The notes below the pieces were generated by a model that saw only the letters and a list, made by a program, of their open reading frames with translations, had not been told where the DNA came from and searched no databases. Position numbers and translations under genes: made by a program. Positions 34,001 to 41,035 of a DNA stretch of 64,000 nucleotides are shown piece by piece; position 1 is the stretch's first letter; the number at the start of each line of letters is the position of its first letter. The DNA is taken from NCBI GenBank assembly GCA_963805085.1, contig CAWDTA010000002.1, forward strand, positions 1,088,001 through 1,152,000, in the 5' to 3' direction. Source of the DNA: an uncultured Veillonellaceae bacterium (lineage in GTDB: Bacteria > Bacillota > Negativicutes > JARBTT01).

Positions 34001-35052
34001 AAATTAACGGGTTAAAAGCAGCCTTTAAAGACCTCTACCAAGCCACAGGAGATTCACAGGTCGTAAGTAGTCATTGCGGAGTGGGTTCGGTAAAAACCAA
34101 TATTGGTCATTTAGAAATGGCTGCAGGAATTGCGGGTGTAATTAAAGTCCTATTGCAGCTTAAACATAAAACGCTGGTTAAAACCCTTCATTGCGATACG
34201 ATTAATCCGTACATTCAGCTTAAAGACAGCCCATTCTATATAGTTCAGGAGACTAAGGAATGGAAAACCGTACAAGATGAGAGGGGCAACGATATTCCGC
34301 GGCGGGCTGGAGTGAGCTCGTTTGGATTTGGGGGCGCCAATGCTCACGTAATAATTGAGGAATATATTCCAAAGAATCAGGAACAACCTCAAGGCTCGCT
34401 TGCCAATGGTAATCCTGTAATTATTGTATTATCGGCTAAAAATGAAGGGCAACTCAAAGAACAGGCGCGGCAATTATTGTCCGGAATACAGAAACAACAA
34501 TTTTCAGATGCTAGTTTAGCGGATGTGGCCTATACACTTCAGGTTGGACGTGAAGCAATGGAAGAACGCTTGGCCATAATTGTTGGATCTGTCAAAGAAC
34601 TCGAAGAAAAATTAAAGGGTTTTATAAACGGACAAAATGGTATTCCAGATTTATATGGTGGAGGGGTCAAACGAAATAAAGATACTATAGCTATTCTTGC
34701 AGTAGATGAAGATATGCCAAAGATCATAGATGCTTGGATTGCCAAAGGGAAATTTAAGAAATTACTAGACATGTGGGTTAAGGGTTTAAACTTTGATTGG
34801 AATAAGTTGTATGGCGATATTAAACCTAGTCGTTTGAGTCTCCCAACCTATCCTTTTGCTAGGGAGCACTATTGGGTTCCGGAAAGTAAAAAACAAATAT
34901 CGACAAGTTCTTTATTTTTACCAAAAGACGTCCAATTCAATTATTCATTTTATGATCAATTATTTGATGATGTAATCAATAATACGATAAGTGTTGACAA
35001 TGCTAGTCAGAAAGTAATAAATTTACGGAAAAATAAAAATCTTAATATTTAG
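22057..35052 (+). CDS. Trans-AT PKS subunit 1: KS1-[inactive AT relic]-DH-KR-ACP-ACP-ACP-KS2-DH-KR-ACP-ACP-KS3-docking helices
   Basis: KS motifs EAACAS / ETACSS with HGTGT and GHLE; DH motifs DHVIKDQKILPG and GHIVKGQRVLPG; KR motifs GGSGGLG / GGVGGLG with LRD/NRD (B-type); five ACPs with GFDSI; no active integral AT. Confidence 0.95.
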   Translation: MKIDIATNSREIAIVGMACRFPGAPDYETFWDNLSKGISSIREIDRWNFNEHYSPNGKDNKSIGKWCGLLDDIDKFDNNFFHISPREAIHMDPQQRILLEEAWHCIEDSGISLKELQQKRTSIYVGTVAMDLYQGSPDEKDLDMYSGTGMYRFMLANRLSYFLGLSGESIVLEAACASTSVAICNAKKALQTGDCDYALVAGANLHTSPLRHQIYLKNRMLSKDGKSKTFDKDADGFIAGEGVGFLLLQSLDKAVQQQSHIFGVIKGCAVNHGGKAVSLSAPRVEAQRDVILAAYEDAEINAETVNYIEAHGTGTSLGDPIEVEALTQAFQKFTSEKQFCKIGSVKTNIGHLEATAGMAGVIKVLLMMRHKKIPPTLNIKTVNPIIDFKNSPFSIANELTEWSSRDGLPLRAGVSSFGLGGVNSHILLEEYPDKNTVVDAAIVTKYPFVLSAKNEKSLEGMLNKWRSFVKSDAFTQYGLRDICLTLLTGRENLPVRYGSLILNKIELVELLDKTTSAFLNKVDESWGLCVGDFVWNSYAELEPIIEEFPIFKGNLDKVLESIEEYDKGRKIKKGFLATTWPKSKINLYSFIANYTCISTLVDLGLSLSLITGVKSGLWVSLVVSGATSLGEVIKVLCGEKAVDKIEVARPLISFYDPINKTVIKPYAFEEEYVQDLISELEISDNVIEHYWEKAHLLSENQFTFIHFLDEWDSNLKEVGLDIKALLADKNVLRLKDEKNYKKTLLLMVVILSCLYRLNLKWKLSEHKLIKDERFYELLDLVLDDVIPKDILIALLTSEKPDLTIVIDTLKERQSKINICKSYKCLKQRSRKVTDIANIGQWAKQMLIQEDLVSLPAMEYIDFGKIANRNPAKKTIIFNKKEDILVAIHEVLNSLWIRGVNVQWDKMYTENSFQKKSLPVYVFDRTSFWLQDNRAKQATDFNEVVEKNATVDNFLHPLVHKNTSSFFEERFSSKFTGQEFFLKDHVIKDQKILPGVAYLEMAREAVEQALGGVEEEKTKICLKNIVWIRPMSVNDQPLQVHIGLVTEDSGEITYEIYSQSKDNDVLYSQGIAVLEPCSEISSLNLKQLQEDCSQKKLQSVQCYEMFKTMGFSYGPGYQGIKEIYVGTNKLLARLSLPEVVADTEKQYVLHPSVMDAALQASICLTVDDNTNRRKVGKIKPLLPFALQNLKIFDNCTACMWASVRYSADSKAGDTVQKFDIDLCDDNGKVCVQMRGFSTRTPQGEIRASSTQRNGVLMLHPQWREEAVQQECILPSYVQHLVIVCEAGKISAESIKNQMQNVKCITLEAKEEDIAERFSNYAIRVFEEIQTIIKGNPKGEALIQIVISQEKEGQLYSGLSGLLKTAHLEYPKLIGQIIEIDKNDDSEKLIEQIKVNRCCPQETQIRYQGGKRLVAGWKDVEAFQDKLDIPWINQGVYLITGGSGGLGLIFAKEIADTVKGATLILTGRSELDTNKKVQLKEIEQKGIQIAYKQVDVTRKQDIEKLIQNVLEQYGKIDGIIHAAGMLRDNYIIKKTKAEFQEVLAPKVAGLVNLDQASKDVSLDFFILFSSIAGSLGNLGQADYATANSFMDAFSRYRGELVDLQLRRGKTLSINWPLWRDGGMHVDVQTEKMMMENQGMAVMQTANGVKALYQGMKLENTQIMVLEGLIDRMRRKVLKQVDGAMINPINKSAAVIDDGALLEKVQTELIQAVSKLLGVAIEDIDTEVELSEYGFDSITFTEFTNQLNQEYKIALTPTIFFEHPTLSSFAEFLLDEYRMVFGAQQLIMPIASQVNTSSYKSGAVIDDGALLEKVQTELIQAVSKLLGVAIEDIDTEVELSEYGFDSITFTEFTNQLNQEYKIALTPTIFFEHPTLSSFAEYLLDEYRMVFGAQQLIMPIASQVNTSSYKSGAVIDDGALLEKVQTELIQAVSKLLGVAIEDIDTEVELSEYGFDSITFTEFTNQLNQEYKIALTPTIFFEHPTLSSFAEYLLDEYRMVFGAPQLVMPTESQSNITSYTILAESARRIEQPLNNIRRSRFSRASVVSTGNASINTDESIAIVGMSGIFPMAKDVNELWTNLVEGKDCITEIPKSRWDWREYYGDPKKEANKSNVKWGGFIDGIDEFDPLFFGISPREAELMDPQQRLLMIHAWKVIEDAGYSAQSLSESKTGMFVGTMSTGYNQLVAEAKVAVEGYSSTGMVPSVGPNRMSYFLNIHGPSEPVETACSSALVAIHRAVSAIENGSCEMALVGGVNTMVTPDFQISFNKAGMLCEDGRCKTFSNKANGYVRGEGAGMIFLKKLKDAEQAGDHIYGVIRGSAENHGGRANSLTAPNPKAQAEVLEAAYTKAGIDPRTVTYIEAHGTGTELGDPIEINGLKMAFKDLYQATGDSQVVSSHCGVGSVKTNIGHLEIAAGIAGVIKVLLQLKHKTLVKSLHCDTINPYIQLKDSPFYIVQETKEWKTIQDERGNDLPRRAGVSSFGFGGANAHVVIEEYIPKNQERPQGSITPDNPAIIVLSAKNEEQLKKQVQQLLSEIGKQKFSDDNLMDIAYTLQVGREAMEERLAMIVGSIKELEKNLKGFIEGQNGIPRFYQGQVKRNKNTVAVFSADEDLKKAIDAWVIKGKYAKILDLWVKGLIFDWEKFYGDSKPRRISLPTYPFAEEHYWVPELKKKFADNSVVANSVITTNIHPLLQQNTSDFSEQRFSSIFTGQEFFLAGHIVKGQRVLPGVAYLEMARAAVRQATGALKDGKTQQIQLKNIVWSRPIIIGKHPAQVNIGLYPEDNGDIAYEIYSESEDSNADPIVYSRGSAVLSSGFEIPALDLKALQTQCSQSSLSSSECYEIYSEMGIDYGPGHQGIEKVYVGLGQVLAKLYLPSAVSDTQDQFVLHPSLMDSALQASIGLMMGSSAPKLSLPFALQELKVFSKCTCAMWALIRYSNGSKAGDRVQKLDIDLCDETGNVCVQIKGFSSRVLEGELGTIGSSEAVGMLRLASLWKEQDAQGENMASDYVEHVVILCEPEKGIQESIETAMRGVSCVTLKSEHSGIDQRFQTYAVQVFKKIQSIIKGKPTGKVLAQIVVSTENEQQLFMGFSGLLKTAQLENKNFIGQLIGLDGWKVAKEIIEKLTENSRSKATQIQYQKGKRQVMTWSEIGVSDKEVSIPWKEQGIYLITGGVGGLGIIFARDIAHKVKNATIILTGRSPLSEEKQEKLKELESLGIRTEYKQVDVIQKKAVADLIKDIQKKFGSLNGIIHAAGVNRDNFIIKKTKDELLEVLAPKVTGLVNLDLASKDLSLDFFVLFSSIAGSLGNLGQADYSTANAFMDAYARYRNDLVVANQRQGRTLSINWPLWKDGGMHVDEETEKMMLQTMGMMAMQSSTGIRVLYEGLVSGKDQIMMVEGKLARMKQKLLSNQQSKTSIASDSSIEIDTSNMLDKVQEALMQTVSNLIKVNIGDIDADAELSEYGFDSIMFTEFTNKLNQEYMLELTPTIFFEYPTLGSFAIYLVKQHQDVLAPRFVVRTRIDISVQNSEVAAASSMEIDTSNMLDKVQEALMQTVSNLIKVNIGDLDVDAELSEYGFDSIMFTEFTNKLNQEYKLELTPTIFFEYPTLCSFARYLVEQHQDVLAPRFAVQAKVEAPIQPIEDKKEEISSNKRQHSRFVRTMAVSAEKSTTSNSEPIAIVGMSGIFPMAKDVNELWTNLLEGKDCITEIPKSRWDWREYYGDPKKEANKSNVKWGGFIDGIDEFDPLFFGISPREAELMDPQQRLLMIHAWKVIEDAGYSAQSLSGTQTGMFVGTMSTGYNQLIAEANVAVEGYSSTGMVPSVGPNRMSYFLNIHGPSEPVETACSSALVAIHRAVSAIENGSCEMALVGGVNTLVTPELQISFNKAGMLCEDGRCKTFSNKANGYVRGEGAGMIFLKKLKDAEQAGDHIYGVIRGSAENHGGRANSLTAPNPKAQAEVLKAAYTKAGIDPRTVTYIEAHGTGTELGDPIEINGLKAAFKDLYQATGDSQVVSSHCGVGSVKTNIGHLEMAAGIAGVIKVLLQLKHKTLVKTLHCDTINPYIQLKDSPFYIVQETKEWKTVQDERGNDIPRRAGVSSFGFGGANAHVIIEEYIPKNQEQPQGSLANGNPVIIVLSAKNEGQLKEQARQLLSGIQKQQFSDASLADVAYTLQVGREAMEERLAIIVGSVKELEEKLKGFINGQNGIPDLYGGGVKRNKDTIAILAVDEDMPKIIDAWIAKGKFKKLLDMWVKGLNFDWNKLYGDIKPSRLSLPTYPFAREHYWVPESKKQISTSSLFLPKDVQFNYSFYDQLFDDVINNTISVDNASQKVINLRKNKNLNI
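27127..28070 (+). repeat. Three near-identical tandem 327-bp ACP-encoding repeats
   Basis: Unit start GCGGTGATTGATGATGGCGC recurs at 27127, 27454 and 27781. Confidence 0.95.
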
Positions 35053-38000
35053 GAGGGAATATGAAAGATGAAAGATATTGTCAAGTACATTTTTCATGAG
35101 GTACAGAGTAGGCGATTACCGAAAACGGATGCAATAGATTTGATAAGTCAACTTCAAACTCAGATTATTTCTGATCGATCTTGTTTCCTTCACCCTCTGC
35201 TCCAGCAAAACACTTCTGATTTTTCTGAGCAAAGATTCAGTTCCACATTTACCGGGCAGGAATTTTTTCTGGCAGATCATATCGTGAAGGGACAGCGGGT
35301 TTTACCCGGGGTAGCCTATCTTGAAATGGCACGAGCAGCAGTACAGCAGGCAGCAGGCGCTCTGAAAGAGGGTAACAACCAACAAATTCAATTTAAAAAT
35401 ATTGTTTGGTCTAGACCTATTGTTATAGAAAAACATCCGGTTCAGGTAAATATTGGACTATATCCTGAAGATAATGGAGATATTGCCTATGAAATCTATA
35501 GCGGATCTGAAGATATCAATGCAGAGCCTATAGTATATAGCCGGGGCAGTGCCGTGCTCAGTTCGGGTTTTGAAATTCCAGTTTTAGATCTTAAGGCGTT
35601 ACAAACACAATGTAGTCAAAGCAGCCTTTCTTCTAGTGAGTGCTACGAAATCTATAGCGAAATGGGAATTGACTATGGTCCAGGACACCAGGGAATTGAG
35701 AAGGTGTACGTGGGCTTGGGCCAAGTGTTGGCAAAGCTATATTTACCTTCTGTTGTCTCCGAGACGCGAGATCAATTCATCCTGCATCCTAGCTTGATGG
35801 ATTCTGCCTTACAGGCATCAATTGGCTTAATAATGGGGTCTAGTACCCCATTATTATCCCTGCCTTTTGCGCTTCAGGAGCTTAAAGTCTTTAGTAAATG
35901 CACCTGTGCCATGTGGGCTTTGATTCGCTACAGCAACGGAAGTAAAGCTGGGGATAAAGTACAGAAACTTGATATTGACTTGTGTGATGAAATAGGGAAT
36001 ATTTGTGTACAGATGAAGGGTTTTTCATCGAGAGTTCTAGAAGGTGAAGTGGGATCGGTAGGCTCATCAGTGGCAGAGACAGTTGGAATGTTGAGACTTA
36101 CACCCTTGTGGAAACAACAAGATGCGCAAGGAGAGAACATGGCATCTGACTATGCCGATCATGTTGTGATACTTTGTGAACCAAAAAAAGAAATTCAGGA
36201 AAGCATTGAAACTGCAATGAAAGGAATACACTGCTTTACCTTGAAATCTGAGCACAGCGGTATAGACCAACGGTTTCAAACCTATGCAGTCCAAGTGTTT
36301 GAAAAAATCCAAAGCATTATCAAAGGAAAAACTACTGGTAAGGTGCTAGTTCAGATTGTAGTTTCTACAGAGAATGAACAACAACTATTCTTGGCATTTT
36401 CCGGGCTTCTAAAAACGGCGCAGCTTGAGAATAAAAATCTTATTGGACAGCTGATTGGTTTAGATGGATGGAAAGATTCTAAAGGAATTATAGAAAAATT
36501 GACTGAAAATAGTCGAAGCAAAGCGACTCAGATCCAATATCAAAAAGGCAAACGACAGGTTATGACTTGGAGTGAAATAGGAGTATCAGACAAAGAAGTG
36601 AGTGTTCCTTGGAAAGACCAGGGTATCTATCTGATTACCGGCGGTGTCGGCGGTTTAGGGATCATTTTTGCCAGAGATATTGCACATAAAGTTAAGAATG
36701 CCACCATAATTTTGACAGGAAGATCTCCTCTGAGTGAGGAAAAACAAGAAAAACTTAAAGAATTAGAAAGTTTAGGTATCCGGACTGAATATAAGCAGGT
36801 TGATGTAATCCAAAAGAAGGCGGTTGCCGATTTAATTAAGGATATCCAAAAGAAATTTGGAAGTCTTAATGGCATCATTCATGCTGCAGGAGTAAATCGA
36901 GATAACTTTATTATCAAAAAGACTAAAGATGAACTATTAGAAGTATTGGCTCCGAAAGTTACTGGATTGGTGAATTTAGATCTGGCAAGCAAGGATCTAA
37001 GCCTTGACTTCTTCGTGCTCTTTTCTTCAATCGCAGGAAGCTTAGGAAATTTAGGTCAGATTGATTATTCTGCCGCTAACGCCTTTATGGATGCTTATGC
37101 GAAGTATCGTAACGATTTGGTGGTTGCAAATCAACGACAGGGTCAGACTTTGTCCATCAATTGGCCATTGTGGAAAGATGGTGGGATGCATGTAGACGAG
37201 GAAACAGAGAAGATGATGTTGCAGAATACGGGCATGATGGTCATGCAGGCTTCAACCGGCATAGGAGTATTATATGAAGGTTTAGCTTCTGGCAAAGATC
37301 AGATTATGATGGTAGAAGGTAAGCTAGAACGAATGAAGGAAAAATTGCTTTCTAATCAACAATCGAAAGCTCCAGTTGCAGCTGCTTCCTCAATGGAGAT
37401 TGATACAAGCAATATGTTGGATAAAGTGCAGGAAACTTTAATGCAAGCAGTATCTAATCTAATTAAGGTTAATATCGGGGATCTTGATGTAGATGCTGAA
37501 TTGAGTGAATATGGATTTGATTCAATAATGTTTACCGAATTTACCAATAAACTCAATCAGGAATATACGCTTGAATTGACACCAACCATATTTTTTGAAT
37601 ATCCTACGCTCTGTAGTTTTGCTAGATATTTGGTAGAACAACACCAAAATGTGCTTGCACCATATTTTATAGTACAAACCAAGGTGGAAGCTCCGATACA
37701 AACCATTGCTTCAATAGGGATTGATACAAGTAATATGTTGGATAAAGTGCAGGAAGCTTTAATGCAAGCAGTATCTAATTTAATTAAGGTTAATATCGGG
37801 GACCTTGATGTAGATGCTGAATTGAGTGAATATGGATTTGATTCAATAATGTTTACCGAATTTACCAATAAACTCAATCAGGAATATACGCTTGAATTGA
37901 CACCAACCATATTTTTTGAATATCCTACGCTCTGTAGTTTTGCTAGATATTTGGTAGAACAACACCAAGATGTGCTTGCACCACATTTTGTAGTACAAAC

Positions 38001-39960
38001 CAAGGTAGAAACTTCGATACAACCCATTGAAGATAAAAAGGAAGAAGTTTCATCTAATAAAAGACAACATTCCCGGTTTGTAAGAACGATGGCAGTATCC
38101 GCAGAAAAATCGATTGCAAACAATTCGGAACCTATTGCAATTGTAGGGATGAGTGGCATATTCCCTATGGCCAAAGATGTAAATGAACTTTGGACAAACC
38201 TTGTGGAAGGCAAAGATTGCATTACGGAAATTCCTAAGAGTCGTTGGGATTGGCAAGAGTATTATGGCGATCCTAAAAAAGAAGCCAATAAATCAAACGT
38301 TAAATGGGGAGGATTTATTGACGGCATAGATGAGTTTGATCCGTTATTTTTTGGAATTTCTCCTAGAGAAGCCGAGCTAATGGATCCTCAACAGCGGTTA
38401 CTAATGATTCATGCTTGGAAGGTTATTGAAGATGCTGGATATTCGGCGCAAAGCCTTTCAGGAACAAAAACAGGTATGTTCGTGGGAACCATGAGTACCG
38501 GTTACAATCAATTGATTGCCGAGGCAAATGTAGCCATCGAAGGGTATTCTTCTACAGGCATGGTTCCTTCGGTTGGACCAAATCGAATGAGCTATTTTCT
38601 CAATATTCATGGTCCTAGTGAACCGGTTGAAACGGCTTGCTCCAGCGCATTAGTTGCAATTCATCGGGCAGTAAGCGCCATAGAAAATGGAAGCTGCGAG
38701 ATGGCACTGGTTGGTGGTGTCAATACACTGGTAACACCAGAACTTCAGATCAGTTTCAACAAAGCAGGAATGCTATGTGAAGATGGACGATGCAAAACTT
38801 TTTCAAATAAAGCGAATGGTTATGTACGAGGCGAAGGTGCTGGGATGATTTTTCTGAAAAAGCTTAAAGATGCAGAACAAGCAGGAGATCATATTTATGG
38901 AGTGATTCGAGGCAGTGCTGAAAATCACGGAGGTCGTGCAAATTCCTTGACGGCGCCTAATCCAAAGGCGCAGGCAGAAGTGCTAAAAGCTGCTTATACT
39001 AAGGCGGGGATTGATCCGAGAACCGTTACTTACATTGAGGCGCATGGAACTGGTACGGAGCTGGGTGATCCGATTGAAATTAACGGGTTAAAAGCAGCCT
39101 TTAAAGACCTCTACCAAGCCACAGGAGATTCACAGGTCGTAAGTAGTCATTGCGGAGTGGGTTCGGTAAAAACCAATATTGGTCATTTAGAAATGGCTGC
39201 AGGAATTGCGGGTGTAATTAAAGTCCTATTGCAGCTTAAACATAAAACGCTGGTTAAAACCCTTCATTGCGATACGATTAATCCGTACATTCAGCTTAAA
39301 GACAGCCCATTCTATATAGTTCAGGAGACTAAGGAATGGAAAACCGTACAAGATGAGAGGGGCAACGATATTCCGCGGCGGGCTGGAGTGAGCTCGTTTG
39401 GATTTGGGGGCGCCAATGCTCACGTAATAATTGAGGAATATATTCCAAAGAATCAGGAACAACCTCAAGGCTCGCTTGCCAATGGTAATCCTGTAATTAT
39501 TGTATTATCGGCTAAAAATGAAGGGCAACTCAAAGAACAGGCGCGGCAATTATTGTCCGGAATACAGAAACAACAATTTTCAGATGCTAGTTTAGCGGAT
39601 GTGGCCTATACACTCCAAGTGGGACGTGAAGCAATGGAAGAACGCTTGGCCATAATTGTTGGATCTGTCAAAGAACTCGAAGAAAAATTAAAGGGTTTTA
39701 TAAACGGACAAAATGGTATTCCAGATTTATATGGTGGAGGGGTCAAACGAAATAAAGATACTATAGCTATTCTTGCAGCAGATGAAGATATGCCAAAGAT
39801 TATAGATGCTTGGATTGCCAAAGGGAAATTTAAGAAATTACTAGACATGTGGGTTAAGGGTTTAAACTTTGATTGGAATAAGTTGTATGGCGATATTAAA
39901 CCGAGTCGTTTGGGTCTCCCAACCTATCCTTTTGCTAAGGAGCACTATTGGGTTCCGAAA
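30100..39960 (+). repeat. Direct duplication (~5.1 kb period) of a DH-KR-ACP2-KS unit across PKS subunits 1 and 2
   Basis: Identical antisense shadow ORFs at 31536/36627 (offset 5091) and 34150/39226 (offset 5076); long identical DNA stretches in the KR and KS regions. Confidence 0.9.
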
Positions 39961-40884
39961 AACCGGAGTAAACTTGGTAGAAGTAATGCAGTTGCAACCA
40001 TTCATCCGCTGCTGCAACAAAATACATCAGATTTTTCTGCCTACCGATTTAGTTCTACATTTACGGGTCAGGAGTTTTTCCTAACCAATTATGAAGTAGA
40101 GAATCAACGGGTTCTATCAGAGGTGTCCTATCTTGAAATGGCACGAGCTGCAGTAAGTCAGGCAATGGGAGATTTACAATTAGGTGAGACTAAAATTTGG
40201 CTTAAAAATGTGGTTTGGTCTAAGCCTATCGTTGTAGTGGATCAGCCCATTCAGATACATATTGAACTCTACCCCGAAGAAGATGGCGATATCGCTTATG
40301 AAATCTATAGCAAGTCTGAAAAAAATGATGCAGAGCCTGTAATACATAGCCAGGGTATAGCAGTATTAGGTTCGTCCTCTGAAATTCGAGGCTTGAATAT
40401 TAGTGATTTACAAGCGCAGTGCAGCTATGGCAACCTTTCTTCCAGCCAGTGTTACGAAAGCTATAGCCAAATGGGAATTGACTATAGCTCTGGACAGCGG
40501 GGGATTGAGAAGGTGTATGTGGGTTCAGACAAAGTGTTGGCAAAGCTGTATTTACCTTCAGCTATCTTGGATACTCAAGACCAATTCGTTCTGCATCCTA
40601 GCTTAATGGATTCCGCCTTACAGGCATCAATTGGCTTAATGATGGGCTCTGATAACCCTAAATTGTCTGTACCTTTCGCACTTCAGGAACTTGAAATTTT
40701 TAGTAAATTAACTTCCGAAATGTGGGCTCTAATTCGTTACAGCAACGGAAGTGAAGCCAGAAATAAAGTACAGAAACTCACTATTGATTTGTGTGATGAA
40801 ACAGGGAATGTTTGTGTACAAATGAAGGGACTTTCAACAAGAATTCTAAAAAGTAAAGTGTATAACTATTCGAACATCAGTTAG
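35068..40884 (+). CDS. Trans-AT PKS subunit 2: docking helices-DH-KR-ACP-ACP-KS4-DH0 (inactive)
   Basis: DH motif DHIVKGQRVLPG; KR GGVGGLG; two GFDSI ACPs; KS ETACSS/HGTGT/GHLE. The terminal DH reads NYEVENQRVLSE, lacking the catalytic His and Pro. Confidence 0.95.
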   Translation: MKDIVKYIFHEVQSRRLPKTDAIDLISQLQTQIISDRSCFLHPLLQQNTSDFSEQRFSSTFTGQEFFLADHIVKGQRVLPGVAYLEMARAAVQQAAGALKEGNNQQIQFKNIVWSRPIVIEKHPVQVNIGLYPEDNGDIAYEIYSGSEDINAEPIVYSRGSAVLSSGFEIPVLDLKALQTQCSQSSLSSSECYEIYSEMGIDYGPGHQGIEKVYVGLGQVLAKLYLPSVVSETRDQFILHPSLMDSALQASIGLIMGSSTPLLSLPFALQELKVFSKCTCAMWALIRYSNGSKAGDKVQKLDIDLCDEIGNICVQMKGFSSRVLEGEVGSVGSSVAETVGMLRLTPLWKQQDAQGENMASDYADHVVILCEPKKEIQESIETAMKGIHCFTLKSEHSGIDQRFQTYAVQVFEKIQSIIKGKTTGKVLVQIVVSTENEQQLFLAFSGLLKTAQLENKNLIGQLIGLDGWKDSKGIIEKLTENSRSKATQIQYQKGKRQVMTWSEIGVSDKEVSVPWKDQGIYLITGGVGGLGIIFARDIAHKVKNATIILTGRSPLSEEKQEKLKELESLGIRTEYKQVDVIQKKAVADLIKDIQKKFGSLNGIIHAAGVNRDNFIIKKTKDELLEVLAPKVTGLVNLDLASKDLSLDFFVLFSSIAGSLGNLGQIDYSAANAFMDAYAKYRNDLVVANQRQGQTLSINWPLWKDGGMHVDEETEKMMLQNTGMMVMQASTGIGVLYEGLASGKDQIMMVEGKLERMKEKLLSNQQSKAPVAAASSMEIDTSNMLDKVQETLMQAVSNLIKVNIGDLDVDAELSEYGFDSIMFTEFTNKLNQEYTLELTPTIFFEYPTLCSFARYLVEQHQNVLAPYFIVQTKVEAPIQTIASIGIDTSNMLDKVQEALMQAVSNLIKVNIGDLDVDAELSEYGFDSIMFTEFTNKLNQEYTLELTPTIFFEYPTLCSFARYLVEQHQDVLAPHFVVQTKVETSIQPIEDKKEEVSSNKRQHSRFVRTMAVSAEKSIANNSEPIAIVGMSGIFPMAKDVNELWTNLVEGKDCITEIPKSRWDWQEYYGDPKKEANKSNVKWGGFIDGIDEFDPLFFGISPREAELMDPQQRLLMIHAWKVIEDAGYSAQSLSGTKTGMFVGTMSTGYNQLIAEANVAIEGYSSTGMVPSVGPNRMSYFLNIHGPSEPVETACSSALVAIHRAVSAIENGSCEMALVGGVNTLVTPELQISFNKAGMLCEDGRCKTFSNKANGYVRGEGAGMIFLKKLKDAEQAGDHIYGVIRGSAENHGGRANSLTAPNPKAQAEVLKAAYTKAGIDPRTVTYIEAHGTGTELGDPIEINGLKAAFKDLYQATGDSQVVSSHCGVGSVKTNIGHLEMAAGIAGVIKVLLQLKHKTLVKTLHCDTINPYIQLKDSPFYIVQETKEWKTVQDERGNDIPRRAGVSSFGFGGANAHVIIEEYIPKNQEQPQGSLANGNPVIIVLSAKNEGQLKEQARQLLSGIQKQQFSDASLADVAYTLQVGREAMEERLAIIVGSVKELEEKLKGFINGQNGIPDLYGGGVKRNKDTIAILAADEDMPKIIDAWIAKGKFKKLLDMWVKGLNFDWNKLYGDIKPSRLGLPTYPFAKEHYWVPKNRSKLGRSNAVATIHPLLQQNTSDFSAYRFSSTFTGQEFFLTNYEVENQRVLSEVSYLEMARAAVSQAMGDLQLGETKIWLKNVVWSKPIVVVDQPIQIHIELYPEEDGDIAYEIYSKSEKNDAEPVIHSQGIAVLGSSSEIRGLNISDLQAQCSYGNLSSSQCYESYSQMGIDYSSGQRGIEKVYVGSDKVLAKLYLPSAILDTQDQFVLHPSLMDSALQASIGLMMGSDNPKLSVPFALQELEIFSKLTSEMWALIRYSNGSEARNKVQKLTIDLCDETGNVCVQMKGLSTRILKSKVYNYSNIS

Positions 40885-41035
40885 GTTATTTTCTCATAAA
40901 AACAGTGAAGAATTGAATTCATTGCATCCCATTAATGAGTTGTTTAAAACTAATGATTCACTAGAAGGTTGGTCATAGATAACGTATGAAAATCGCTCAA
41001 TTAATTCGTTCGTTTAAAAAGAAGGAGGGGTATTA

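Noticed and set aside
27127-38000. Tandem ACPs as a sign of beta-branching
   Set aside because: The ACPs lack the Trp after GxDS typical of beta-branching ACPs, and no HMGS/ECH/free KS cassette is in the window.
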